Part shown: positions 1 to 9,637 of the stretch, one piece after another | How positions within the stretch are numbered: the stretch's first letter is position 1 | How the letters are laid out: each line of letters begins with the position of its first letter | The notes under the pieces: generated by a model | What the model saw: only the letters and a program-made list of their open reading frames with translations | Databases searched by the model: none | Told to the model about the DNA's origin: nothing | Source of the DNA: Bacteroidota bacterium | Lineage (GTDB): Bacteria > Bacteroidota > Bacteroidia > Chitinophagales > Saprospiraceae | NCBI GenBank assembly: GCA_963169325.1 | Contig: CAUJEY010000248.1 | Span: forward strand, 4,710-68,709 | Reading direction: 5' to 3' | DNA length: 64,000 bases | Program-made: the position numbers and the translations under genes

Positions 1-2
1 GG

Positions 3-1862
3 GAAAACGTCGGCGGCGGCGACGGTTTCTGGGTGCAGCCTGACGACCGCGACCCTAACTTTGTATTCAGCGAAAGCCAGGGCGGCAGCATATCGGTACT
101 CAACCGCAAAACCAACCAATCGCAACTCATTCAGCCGCAAGCCTTGCAAGGCGACCCCAAACTGCGCTGGAATTGGAATACGCCTATGGTCAAAAGTCCG
201 GTGAATCCGAAAGTGTTATATATGGGTGCCCAATTCCTGTTCAAAACCGATGACCGCGGCCACCGCTGGACGCGCATCTCGCCCGACCTGACCACCAACG
301 ATACCATCAAACAAAAACAATACGCCAGCGGTGGCCTCACCGTGGACAATACCTCGGCGGAAAATCACTGCACCATTTTTGCCATCGCCCCATCGCCCCT
401 CGACGAAAACCTGCTGTACGTAGGCACCGATGACGGCAATATCCAACGCACACGCGACGGCGGAAAAACCTGGGAACTGGTTTCCCGGAACATACCCGGC
501 GTACCGGCCGGCGCCTGGGTGAGCAGCGTGGAGCCCGGCCGTTTTGATAAAAACACCTTGTACGCCAGTTTCGACCACCATAATTACGGCGACCATAAAC
601 CTTATGTCGCCAAATCGACCGATCAGGGCAAAACCTGGTCTGCGCTGTCCGTAGAAGGCGTTCAAGGCTATGCCCATATCATCCGGGAAGACCGTCAAAA
701 TGCCAGTCTGTTGTTCCTGGGTACCGAATTCGGGTTGTATATTTCCAACGACGGCGGCGCCAACTGGGTGTTGTTCAAAGCCGGACTGCCCGAATACGTG
801 GGCGTGCGCGACATCGTCATCCATCCCCGTACCAACGATGTGGTGCTGGCCACCCACGGCCGCGGCGTGTACATCATCGACGACATCTCGCCGCTTCGCC
901 AACTTACGCCCGAATTGATGCAAAAAGACGCCGCGCTGTTGCCCACCCGCCCTGCTGCCGTCACCACCGGGCACTATGGCCAGTCGTTCCCCAATGCCGG
1001 CTCTTATGTCGGCCCCAATCCTCCGGAACAGGCACAAATCCTGTATTACCTGAAAGACCGGATCAACACCGGCGACGTCACGGTGGATATTCTGGACGAA
1101 AAAGGCCAGGTGCTGCTGACCATACCGGGCACCAAACGCAAGGGCATCAATACCGTAAAATGGGATATGCGACTCAAACCACCGAAAGCAGCCAGAGGCG
1201 TGATGGTGATGGGTGAAGCCGGCGTATATGCCGGGGCTATCGGCCCCATGGCCGCACCGGGCAACTACCGCGCGCGCCTGACCACCCCGACCTTCACCGA
1301 TGAAGGCGCCCTGACCTTAATACCCGACCCGCTTTCGCCCGGACTGGATTATGCCAAACGCCGGGAAATATCCGGCAACCTGTTCAATATGGTGGAAGAA
1401 CTCGGTTTTCTCGAAGCCCGGGTACACGCCCTGAAAGACAGCGCCGAACACCGCGCCGGCCTCGTTAAAAATAAAAATTTAAAAACGAAACTTACCCAGT
1501 ACGCCGCGAACCTGGATGCCCTGCGCAAAACCCTTACCGAAACAACAGAAGCCAAAGGCATCACCGGCGAGGAAAAATTGCGCGCATTCATCGGCCGCTT
1601 GTATGTGTTTACGGAATTATCCGACCTGCCACCAACGGAATCAACCTTGCAGCGTATGGCCTTTTTAAAGGACGAACTCGCACGGGCGCAAACGGAAGCA
1701 GCGGCGTTGTTTAATGAATTGGCTGCGCTGAATACCGGATTGAAGAAGGAAAAAGTGCCGGAAATTAAACCGCTGGACAAAGATAGTTTTATCAAAAACT
1801 ACAATGCGCCGGTGGGTGTGGGCAAATCGGGGCTGGAGTTGTTGCTAAAAATGAGGCGCTGA
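3..1862 (+). CDS. BNR/Asp-box repeat beta-propeller protein, sortilin/VPS10-like (5'-partial, open to window edge)
   Basis: The frame is open from position 3. Asp-box motifs TRDGGKTWE, STDQGKTWS and SNDGGANW are present, followed by a helical C-terminal region. Confidence 0.7.
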   Translation, partial: ENVGGGDGFWVQPDDRDPNFVFSESQGGSISVLNRKTNQSQLIQPQALQGDPKLRWNWNTPMVKSPVNPKVLYMGAQFLFKTDDRGHRWTRISPDLTTNDTIKQKQYASGGLTVDNTSAENHCTIFAIAPSPLDENLLYVGTDDGNIQRTRDGGKTWELVSRNIPGVPAGAWVSSVEPGRFDKNTLYASFDHHNYGDHKPYVAKSTDQGKTWSALSVEGVQGYAHIIREDRQNASLLFLGTEFGLYISNDGGANWVLFKAGLPEYVGVRDIVIHPRTNDVVLATHGRGVYIIDDISPLRQLTPELMQKDAALLPTRPAAVTTGHYGQSFPNAGSYVGPNPPEQAQILYYLKDRINTGDVTVDILDEKGQVLLTIPGTKRKGINTVKWDMRLKPPKAARGVMVMGEAGVYAGAIGPMAAPGNYRARLTTPTFTDEGALTLIPDPLSPGLDYAKRREISGNLFNMVEELGFLEARVHALKDSAEHRAGLVKNKNLKTKLTQYAANLDALRKTLTETTEAKGITGEEKLRAFIGRLYVFTELSDLPPTESTLQRMAFLKDELARAQTEAAALFNELAALNTGLKKEKVPEIKPLDKDSFIKNYNAPVGVGKSGLELLLKMRR

Positions 1863-1998
1863 TTTAATTTCAGTCAGGCGGCAGGAAGCGCCTGGCTCCG
1901 GCATCGTATCTGATGGGTTGCAGGATGCCTGGAATGTGTGTTGCTGTTTTGTGCAGGTCCAGGCATTATAAATTAACCATATCACAAATACCTTCCGG

Positions 1999-4900
1999 AT
2001 GAAGCCTGTTGCGTTTGTTTTCGTTCTCCTTTTCGGTGCTGTTGCCCCGGCCTTTGCACAAATTACTCCGATTGCCGTAAGTCCGCAACCTTTGCCCGGC
2101 GTACAGCGCACGCCGTTGCGGGTAGCCGCGGCCGGCTCCCGGTTGTTCGGCGTTTTCAACGCTAATTTTGGCCCCAATCTGTACTACAGCGATAACGCGG
2201 GCGCCAATTGGTTGCCGACGCCGGCTTTTCCCGGCCAACCTGAAGATGTATTGGTTGCAGGTAACCGGTTGTTTGTTGCCATACGAGCCGTCCAGGGCGA
2301 TGTTCATACCCTGCAGGTGTACGTTTCCGACGATAATGCCGGCTCTTTTTCGCTCCTCTATTCTATCGATGAAATACGAATGAGCAGCAACGGCAACTAC
2401 GAAAACCTGACCGCCGGTTTGCGGTTGTTTGAAGCCAACAACACGGTATTTTTCACCTATTACAGCAGTACAAAAAACGCCAATGATTATTATGACTATC
2501 TCAGAGGCGTTTACAGCACGGATAGTGGTGTTTCCTGGAAGGAATTCGACCCTGGCACGAAGGTTTTAGGCCCGGCTGAAAACTTCCTCTATTTCGCCGG
2601 ACATTATATTGTGGTTACCGACCGAGCCAAATACGGCAGTAGCACCGAACAGCGGGTTTATTGTGCGCCGGCGCCCGATTTCTCCGGTTATTGGGTATTG
2701 CCCGATGTATTTTTTCCGCTTGCCTCCGGGGTGGTCAACAACACCCTGTATATCATTGGCAATGGCAAGTTGTATTGGCGAACGGACGTGCAAGCGGGAA
2801 CAAAATTTTCGACGGCCAATATCCCGTTTACCGTTTGGAGCGCGGCAGTTTTGAAGGACCATTTCTATTATTTCACCCGGAACGGTATCCGGCGGGCCGC
2901 TGCCGCCGATCCATTTTCCACCCAAACGGTGTTTCTGGGCGTATTTGATAATGGGATACAAGGTGGAGGTTTCCCAAAGTTCGCGACCGCCGGAGGAACC
3001 TTATACTTGTTATCCTATTACCCGCTGCTTTCGATCGATGACGGCCAAAACTGGAGCCCCTGGCCCATATCCGCTGACCTCCCCTGGGCCGGAAAGGTTT
3101 TTTCAGCCGGAAATCAATTGTTTTTAGACAATGCCTGGGTTATGAACAGCACCAACGGCATAGATTTTAATCTGTGGAAACCCCAGGGCATATCGGAGTT
3201 GGACTATCTCGAGTGGCAAACCATGGTAGCCCACAAAGGATATTTATTTTTGAAAACATCCCTTTACGCATCCTCCTCCGGCGTTACCGACGCAGCGGTG
3301 CTTCGTTCCATAGACCAAGGCCAAAACTGGAGCCCCGTCTTTCAGTCACCCAATGGATATCCGGGTTACCTCTATGCACAAGGTACACGCCTCTACTTTG
3401 CCGCGCAGCCGGATGGCGGTGGTCCGACTCCTGTTCACTACTCCGACGACGCCGGCCTTACCTGGAATCCCTTCAGTCAGGGCGGCCCGGCGTTTATCTA
3501 TGGTTTTGCCGCGTCAGGCGATACGGCCTATTGCCTGCAGAGCAGCCGACTGTATTACACCTACAATCTGGGCCAAACCTGGGATACCACCCAGCTGAAC
3601 ACCGGAACCTGGAGTATATTTTATTACAAGGGTATTTTGGTTGCGACCGACGAGTATTCCGGAAAAGTGCTGGCCAGTAATGATGGCGGACAATCGTTCT
3701 ACCAAATTATTGATTTTACCCCCAGTGGCAGATATGAGTTTTGGCAAGTGGCCGACTCCATCCTGCTGGGTAAAAACACCAGCTCCAGTACTTTATTTGC
3801 CGCTAAGATCGGCCGTATCAACTGGGTTAGTTTCGGGGTGCCAAAAACCTGGCAGAACATGACCAGCTTCGCCGTTTTTGGTGACCACCTGTATGGTTCA
3901 CAAAATAATGGGGGGCTTTATTGGCCGGATTTATCTCCTTTTTCCCGAATTCCTTTGGACCAAATTCTTGACCCCCTGGATGCATTATCAACCAAAACCG
4001 GTATTATTTCTGGAAAATTGCATTTCGATGTCCTGCCGAATTGCAACCAGGATACCAATGAACCTGCTCTGGCCGGCCATATTGTGCGTATGCAACCCGG
4101 CAATTATTTTACTGCGACCAACCCCGATGGCACGTATGGTATTGCGCTTCCGCCCGGCGCGTATCAAATATCGGTAGATACGCCAAAATATCATTTACCT
4201 GCCTGCCACAACTTTAGCGCAAATGTGGTGGCCGGGCAAACAACCGGCAACAAAAATGCCGGTTTCAGGCCCATAGGTCCGGTGAAGGATTTGCAGGTTT
4301 TGATCGCGGGCACCCGGTTGAGGCCCGGCATGACCTCACTTTTTACCCTGCAAGTGAATAATGCAGGGACGCAAAGCACTCCGGCCGGTGTGCTGCTACG
4401 TTTTGCCTACCAGGCCGGGCCATTGGATTTTGGGTCCTCCAACCCGGCCTACACAACCTTTACACCCGGCGAAATAGAATTTTCGCTACCGGAAATTCTA
4501 CCGTACCAGTCCGTCAAGATCAGGGTAGTGTTACAACTTGAACCCAATCCCGGCCTTACCGGCCAAACCTTCTTTTTCAGCGCCGAAATTGTGGACAACT
4601 ACCTGGATGCCAATACAAGCGATAATACGTACACCCTGCCAATGACCGTGACCAATAGTTTCGATCCGAACGACAAAACGGCTTTCGGCCCGACGCCGAA
4701 AGGCGATCAGGTGACGTTGAAAGATGCCGAACTACAGTACCTCATCCGTTTTCAAAATACGGGTACCGACACGGCTTTTCGTGTGGTAATCCGGGATACA
4801 CTTCAGGCCAGGTTCGACCCCTCCAGCATCCGAACCCTGGCTTCCAGTCATCCTTGCCGGTTTGCTTTGCGGCATAATAACCTTGCAGAATGGCATTTCG

Positions 4901-5361
4901 ATCCCATTGCATTGCCTGATAGTACCACGAGTGAGCCCAATTCGCACGGGTTTGTACTGTTTAGCTTGCGTGCATCGAAAAAAATCCGCGTCGGAGATGA
5001 ATTGAAAAACCAGGCCTCGATCTTTTTCGATTTCAACGATCCTGTGCTGACTAACACCACACGGACGAAAGTGGTACGCAACCTGATTTATCGCGATGCC
5101 GAACCTGCCGAACACCGCAACCGGAGTGCCCGGGTATTTCCAAACCCCGCAGTTGACCGGGCAAATTTTGAGATCGACAGTCCTGCAACGGGTGGGTTCC
5201 TGCTCGAACTCCGGGATATGACCGGACGGCTGGTGCAACGGCATTACTTTGAAGAATACCGGTTTTCTGTTTCGTGCGAGGGTATGCCGGCTGGATCTTA
5301 CGCCTGGGTGGTTTATGACGAATCGGGAGCGATTGGCGAGGGGGTCGTTTTGATCAGGTGA
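1999..5361 (+). CDS. T9SS-sorted surface protein with Asp-box propeller repeats and an FDPNDK...FQNTGTDTA module
   Basis: Signal peptide MKPVAFVFVLLFGAVAPAFAQ. Asp-boxes SDNAGANW, TDSGVSW, IDDGQNW, IDQGQNW, SDDAGLTW. NSFDPNDKT...YLIRFQNTGTDTAFRVVIRD block. C-terminal VFPNPAVDRANFEI sorting-domain signature. Confidence 0.8.
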   Translation: MKPVAFVFVLLFGAVAPAFAQITPIAVSPQPLPGVQRTPLRVAAAGSRLFGVFNANFGPNLYYSDNAGANWLPTPAFPGQPEDVLVAGNRLFVAIRAVQGDVHTLQVYVSDDNAGSFSLLYSIDEIRMSSNGNYENLTAGLRLFEANNTVFFTYYSSTKNANDYYDYLRGVYSTDSGVSWKEFDPGTKVLGPAENFLYFAGHYIVVTDRAKYGSSTEQRVYCAPAPDFSGYWVLPDVFFPLASGVVNNTLYIIGNGKLYWRTDVQAGTKFSTANIPFTVWSAAVLKDHFYYFTRNGIRRAAAADPFSTQTVFLGVFDNGIQGGGFPKFATAGGTLYLLSYYPLLSIDDGQNWSPWPISADLPWAGKVFSAGNQLFLDNAWVMNSTNGIDFNLWKPQGISELDYLEWQTMVAHKGYLFLKTSLYASSSGVTDAAVLRSIDQGQNWSPVFQSPNGYPGYLYAQGTRLYFAAQPDGGGPTPVHYSDDAGLTWNPFSQGGPAFIYGFAASGDTAYCLQSSRLYYTYNLGQTWDTTQLNTGTWSIFYYKGILVATDEYSGKVLASNDGGQSFYQIIDFTPSGRYEFWQVADSILLGKNTSSSTLFAAKIGRINWVSFGVPKTWQNMTSFAVFGDHLYGSQNNGGLYWPDLSPFSRIPLDQILDPLDALSTKTGIISGKLHFDVLPNCNQDTNEPALAGHIVRMQPGNYFTATNPDGTYGIALPPGAYQISVDTPKYHLPACHNFSANVVAGQTTGNKNAGFRPIGPVKDLQVLIAGTRLRPGMTSLFTLQVNNAGTQSTPAGVLLRFAYQAGPLDFGSSNPAYTTFTPGEIEFSLPEILPYQSVKIRVVLQLEPNPGLTGQTFFFSAEIVDNYLDANTSDNTYTLPMTVTNSFDPNDKTAFGPTPKGDQVTLKDAELQYLIRFQNTGTDTAFRVVIRDTLQARFDPSSIRTLASSHPCRFALRHNNLAEWHFDPIALPDSTTSEPNSHGFVLFSLRASKKIRVGDELKNQASIFFDFNDPVLTNTTRTKVVRNLIYRDAEPAEHRNRSARVFPNPAVDRANFEIDSPATGGFLLELRDMTGRLVQRHYFEEYRFSVSCEGMPAGSYAWVVYDESGAIGEGVVLIR

Positions 5362-5510
5362 TTATGTCAAAAGTTTTTTGTTAGAAAACTGCGACAAATT
5401 TTTCACCACGGAGACACGGAGTAGTTCCTTGCAGGACAAGTCTCTGTGTCTCCGTGGTGAATTAAAATAATCTACGGCGAGAAAAACCTAAGATTCCCTT
5501 TTGACACAAC
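5362..5510. mobile_element. MITE-like mosaic palindromic element, copy 1 (short form)
   Basis: It starts right after the stop codon at 5359-5361. Ends are TGTCAAAAG / CTTTTGACACAAC. Internal hairpin TCACCACGGAGACACGGAG...CTCTGTGTCTCCGTGGTGA. The GTGGTGAATTAAAATAATCTACGGCG module is shared with 56210-56240 and 62703-62730. Confidence 0.6.
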
Positions 5511-5540
5511 AGCGGCATCTTCGTGTCAAATAAAAACAAC

Positions 5541-7004
5541 TCAAAACTGGTAATGCGCGCCCACATTCACCCCTGGCAGCTTATACTGCTGACGCACAGG
5601 ATAATCGTCCGCTGTTATTTCACTCCCCTGATGCAGGTAGCGCATTTCCCCAAATACACTCAGATGGTCCGTTAACCGGAACCGCGCGCCGGCGTTTACA
5701 AAAGGTGACAGGCTGATTTTGGAACGGAACGGATAACCGGGTCCGGCATTTTCGGAGACGTATTTTTCCGGTAGCCCGGTCAGGTTGACGATTTCCGCTT
5801 TTTGTTGAAAACCGAGGTTGACGGCCACGCCGGCTTTTCCATACAGGCTCCAGCGGTCATTGGGCTGCCATTCGTAGCCCAGCGCCAGCGGTACTTGCAA
5901 AAACCGGTAGTTATTGTAAGTGCGTTTCATCGAGCGGGTTTCCTGCAGGATATGAATGCTGTCGCTGATAAAAGTGGTGTCGCCCGGCGCATTAACGATA
6001 ATGCCGATCACAGCGATTTTCCCGATAGTATCGGTGCGGAGGGTGGTCCGGTCGAAACGTTCGTTGATGCGGTTATACTCCAATCCGCCTTCGGCAAACA
6101 CACCACTGCGGTGTTTCACGCCAAAGTACGCGCCGGCAGCAATACCTTCCAGGATGGTTTCCGTTTCCTGCCGGTCTGCAACTATATTTTCGAACTCGGT
6201 TTCCTTTGCTTGCAACGTTTTCATCGGGTATTGCGCCCCGCCGTACACACCGAAATAAGGCTTGAAAGCCGGGCCTTTACTCCAATCCGAGCAGCCGGTT
6301 TTGGTGTTTGAAGAAATGTCGGGGTTGTTCGCAGCCGCCAGTTCCTGAAGCAGTATTGGCAGGAACACCGGAGCCGGAAGCGCCCCGTCTGACGGCTTGG
6401 AGCCGTCTGACGGAATGAGTAGTATGCCGGTTGATGCCCCGTTTGACGGCTCTGAGCCGTCTGACGGGTTGAGTATGGTAGTCAATACTTCGTTTGAGGG
6501 ACTAAAACCAGAGATATTCGGGATTGGGCTTTGCCTGCCGGCCTGCGCCTCAACCCCTCCCCCGGCCCCTGAAGCCATCAACTTAAGGGCTTGAGGGGGG
6601 CTTTTCTCCCTCCCCCCAACCCCAAAAGGGGAGTTGATTTCGGGAAATGAAACACCGTTCTCTACCTTATCCGGAATCAACTTCCCTTTAGGGGTTGGGG
6701 GGAGGGAGAAAAGGCTGTCCGAAGTCCTTAAGTTATTGACTCCCCCCCCTTCAGCAGCGTCCGACGCAATAATTGATTTTTCAGGTTGCGTAAGGGTAAC
6801 GGGCGTATTTTTCCCATACCAATAATAGCCTGCCAGGCCGGTCGCCACCAGGAGTCCGCAGCCAAGCCACAAAATCCAAAACGCCACCGGACGCCGCTTA
6901 TCTTCCCGCAATGCTTGTTCTATATTTCCCCAAAGCCGGGTTTCGTCTACCGGAGAAGGGTAATCGTTCAAGGTATCTTTTGTATATTTTTCGAAATCGT
7001 TCAT
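5541..7004 (-). CDS. Anti-sigma-like membrane protein fused to a C-terminal outer-membrane beta-barrel (porin-family) domain
   Basis: The start overlaps the sigma-factor stop (ATGA). Short cytoplasmic N-terminus plus TM (FWILWLGCGLLVATGLAGYYWY). Repeat-derived low-complexity linker. C-terminal alternating-hydrophobic strands end in ...VGAHYQF. Confidence 0.65.
   Translation of the reverse strand: MNDFEKYTKDTLNDYPSPVDETRLWGNIEQALREDKRRPVAFWILWLGCGLLVATGLAGYYWYGKNTPVTLTQPEKSIIASDAAEGGGVNNLRTSDSLFSLPPTPKGKLIPDKVENGVSFPEINSPFGVGGREKSPPQALKLMASGAGGGVEAQAGRQSPIPNISGFSPSNEVLTTILNPSDGSEPSNGASTGILLIPSDGSKPSDGALPAPVFLPILLQELAAANNPDISSNTKTGCSDWSKGPAFKPYFGVYGGAQYPMKTLQAKETEFENIVADRQETETILEGIAAGAYFGVKHRSGVFAEGGLEYNRINERFDRTTLRTDTIGKIAVIGIIVNAPGDTTFISDSIHILQETRSMKRTYNNYRFLQVPLALGYEWQPNDRWSLYGKAGVAVNLGFQQKAEIVNLTGLPEKYVSENAGPGYPFRSKISLSPFVNAGARFRLTDHLSVFGEMRYLHQGSEITADDYPVRQQYKLPGVNVGAHYQF
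6576..6745. repeat. Imperfect palindromic element lying in frame inside the 5541-7004 CDS
   Basis: Core arms 6601-6639 and 6675-6713 are reverse complements with 2 mismatches (CTTTTCTCCCTCCCCCCAACCCCAAAAGGGGAGTTGATT). The flanks extend the symmetry weakly (AACTTAAGG / CCTTAAGTT). Confidence 0.75.
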
Positions 7005-7537
7005 ACCATTCCGTTTTTTTGAAGTGAAAAAACCGCCGCTTGCAATTGTTTGCGCGCCCGCGCCAACTGGGAACGCGAAGCACTTTCGGCAATACCGAGC
7101 ATGCCGGCGATTTCGGCGTGAGAATATCCCTCGATAGCGTAGAGATTGAACACCATTCGGAAACCCGGCGGCAAGTCGGCGATTAGTTGCAGGAGTTCTT
7201 CCGCGTCCATTAGCATATCGGCTTCGGCGGCTACCGGGTTTTCCGGCAAAAATTCGTCCGGCGTTGCCGGAAAATTTTTGTGCCGCTTCCGCCAGTGTTG
7301 AATGGCGGTGTTGACCACAATACGCCGTATCCAGCCTTCGAGCGCGCCCTTTGTTTCGTCAAACTGATCGAAAGCGCGGAAAACCTTGATAAACGCCTCT
7401 TGTAAAATATCCTCCGCAGCATCGGATGTAGCGGCATAGCGGCGCGCCACAGTCATCATCACCGGCGCAAACAGCCCGAACAACTGTCGTTGCCGGGCAG
7501 GGTTTTTCTGTTTGCAGCCTGTGATGAGGTTATCCAT
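7001..7537 (-). CDS. ECF-type RNA polymerase sigma-70 family factor
   Basis: Region 2 (AEDILQEAFIKVFRAFDQF...GWIRRIVVNTAIQHWRK) and region 4 HTH (FRMVFNLYAIEGYSHAEIAGMLGIAESASRSQLARARKQL). Confidence 0.85.
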   Translation of the reverse strand: MDNLITGCKQKNPARQRQLFGLFAPVMMTVARRYAATSDAAEDILQEAFIKVFRAFDQFDETKGALEGWIRRIVVNTAIQHWRKRHKNFPATPDEFLPENPVAAEADMLMDAEELLQLIADLPPGFRMVFNLYAIEGYSHAEIAGMLGIAESASRSQLARARKQLQAAVFSLQKNGMV

Positions 7538-7648
7538 GTGTTTATCGTATCCGGAATGGAGTCCCGTTTTTTTAGTATAGTTGTGTCAAGATAAACGCGG
7601 CGTTCGCCCCATGCGTTGGGTAGGAACGCCACGTGTGGGCTTAATTTG

Positions 7649-9418
7649 TTATTTTAGCGTCCCCCTGAAGGATCCGGAAATCGCGACCGGCGGCGGCGGT
7701 TGTTGTCCGGAACCAAAATCCGATATGGTGCCGGAGTAGGTGCCGCTGATGATGCCGCCGAGGCCGTTGTATTCGGTAATATTGACGGTCATGCCCGGGC
7801 ACAGATCACAACCATGATAAATTTGGTTTCCATTTATTGTGCCTTCTGCGCTGACATATTGTGGATTATAGGTCCCTACACCTGTAACGTCATCCAGATA
7901 AAGATAGATAGACAAAGTGGACGGTTGGCCGGTGGTGATTAGTATCTGGTCTACAACGCCGATCGGCAAAGAGTCAAGTGGCTGAATTAAAGGGTTAGGG
8001 TTAGTATAAATCTGCCCACCGAAAGCATACGTCAGATAACTTTGAAGCGCATCGCACACCGTGACCGCGCCGGCATTGGCCGAACCCGAACTCACATCGA
8101 GCGGCAGGGGTGTCGATATTTTCAGCGCCGTCAGATCGTATCCGGTGAGCGTGACGGTTGTAAGCGGGGTACAGCTGATTAGCGTGATGTCAAAATGCCC
8201 GGAATTATCGGCCCAAAAAACATCATTTTGGCCGTCTATCTGCACATAACCGTTGGTCACGGGGGCACTGTTACAGTCTAAGAGGTCGCCTGAAATCGTA
8301 TACGTTAAAACGGAGCTCAGGTTTATGGTAAAAGTATAGGCGCCGTTTTGGGCGAAGGGGCCGATTTGCTGGGTGAGTACGGGCGTCGTGCAGTTCAGGT
8401 TGGGCGGAAAAATCTTGGCGTCCAGCACCTGGTTTTGCGGCACCAGGCCGTAGATCGTGCCGGTGTTGTCAGTATAACCGAAGCCATACAAGCCGCTGCT
8501 GGGCAACTGGGTATGCACCTTGGCGCCCTCCACCGGGTTGCCGTTCTGATCCACGACGTTAAACTGTATTTCCACCAGCGGGTCTTTGTAGTCGTGGTTC
8601 CAGAAGCTGAAATGTTTCACTTTGCCTTCGTAAAAGCCGTTGTTCAGGGTGGCTTGTCCTTCTTCCACCCAAATCCCCTCCGCTTCGTCGAAATACCAGA
8701 GCGGGATGGTAGCCGGCGCCGTGCTCAACATTTGGGCAGGCACCTTCATGCGCAGGGCGGCTTCGTACCCGTCGCTGATTTTCAGTTTGTTGCCCGCGGC
8801 GTCTTTCAGTTCCACGGCCAGCATGCCGAGCGACACCATGCCGGAGCGCTGGTTGTCGGTGGTGATCCCCTCCAGCCGGCCGGGCATTTGTTCGCCGAAA
8901 CCGGCCGATACGGGGTTGAGCCATTTGGCGGCCACGCCCACCTGCCCGCTGTAAGGGGCGCCGGTAGCGGTGGAAATACCTCCGGCAGGCAAGGCAACGC
9001 TGTAATCCGTATAGTCTGCAAGGCCGCCCGATGCTGCACTCACAAATTTGGTGGCGACATTGGACAACAATTGAATTTTAACCGTATTCCGCGTACCGCT
9101 GGACACGTTGATCGTACGCGAGCCGTGAAAATAATTGGGATGCTCCACTTTGATATAAGCCCCTTTGGCGTTTACTGTGATGTCCCGGAAATTAAAAACG
9201 CCCTTTGCGTCGGTTTTTGTCGTTTTATCGCCGAGGCGAACCACCGCATCAGCAACGGTTCCGCCGTTTTCATCAACAATAAGGCCGCCGATACTGGTTT
9301 TTACCAATACATAAGGCCCGGGCGGATAAATGACATTTACATCGGTGTCCTCCTGATCTTTCCGGCAGGCAACTATAGCCGTAATTAAGATCAAGGATAA
9401 CAATATCAATTTTTTCAT
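7649..9418 (-). CDS. Lipoprotein with carboxypeptidase-regulatory-like (CarboxypepD_reg) domain, function unknown
   Basis: Lipobox MKKLILLSLILITAIVAC. GLIVDENGGTVADAVVRLGDKTTKTDAKGVFNF motif. Confidence 0.6.
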   Translation of the reverse strand: MKKLILLSLILITAIVACRKDQEDTDVNVIYPPGPYVLVKTSIGGLIVDENGGTVADAVVRLGDKTTKTDAKGVFNFRDITVNAKGAYIKVEHPNYFHGSRTINVSSGTRNTVKIQLLSNVATKFVSAASGGLADYTDYSVALPAGGISTATGAPYSGQVGVAAKWLNPVSAGFGEQMPGRLEGITTDNQRSGMVSLGMLAVELKDAAGNKLKISDGYEAALRMKVPAQMLSTAPATIPLWYFDEAEGIWVEEGQATLNNGFYEGKVKHFSFWNHDYKDPLVEIQFNVVDQNGNPVEGAKVHTQLPSSGLYGFGYTDNTGTIYGLVPQNQVLDAKIFPPNLNCTTPVLTQQIGPFAQNGAYTFTINLSSVLTYTISGDLLDCNSAPVTNGYVQIDGQNDVFWADNSGHFDITLISCTPLTTVTLTGYDLTALKISTPLPLDVSSGSANAGAVTVCDALQSYLTYAFGGQIYTNPNPLIQPLDSLPIGVVDQILITTGQPSTLSIYLYLDDVTGVGTYNPQYVSAEGTINGNQIYHGCDLCPGMTVNITEYNGLGGIISGTYSGTISDFGSGQQPPPPVAISGSFRGTLK

Positions 9419-9511
9419 ATTTTCTAAGTTGTTATAGTTTACGAATGATTGTAAACGCGCTTACAAACAGACATACGCGACTTTTAGCAGGAACGCTGCA
9501 TGGGTGGGAAA

Positions 9512-9600
9512 AAAGTTTGAAGTTTAAAGTTCAAAGTTTGAAGTTCGGAGTGTGCACTTCGAACTTCGAACTTCAAACTTCAAACTTCGAACTTCAAACT
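9512..9600. repeat. Imperfect hairpin built from GTTTNAA / TTNAAAC 7-8-mers
   Basis: Left arm AGTTTGAAGTTTAAAGTTCAAAGTTTGAAGTTCG, loop around GAGTGTGCA, right arm CTTCGAACTTCGAACTTCAAACTTCAAACTTCGAACTTCAAACT. It lies between divergent genes. Confidence 0.7.
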
Positions 9601-9637
9601 ATACATTTGCTGTCGGCACAACAACGCCTTTTATCTG

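Noticed and set aside
8348-9388. 346-aa plus-strand ORF opposite the 7649-9418 lipoprotein gene
   Set aside because: The minus-strand product has a lipobox and a CarboxypepD_reg-like motif. The plus-strand translation is Gly/Arg/His-rich with no signal. The same reasoning applies to 216-1037, 30789-31760 and 59818-60699.
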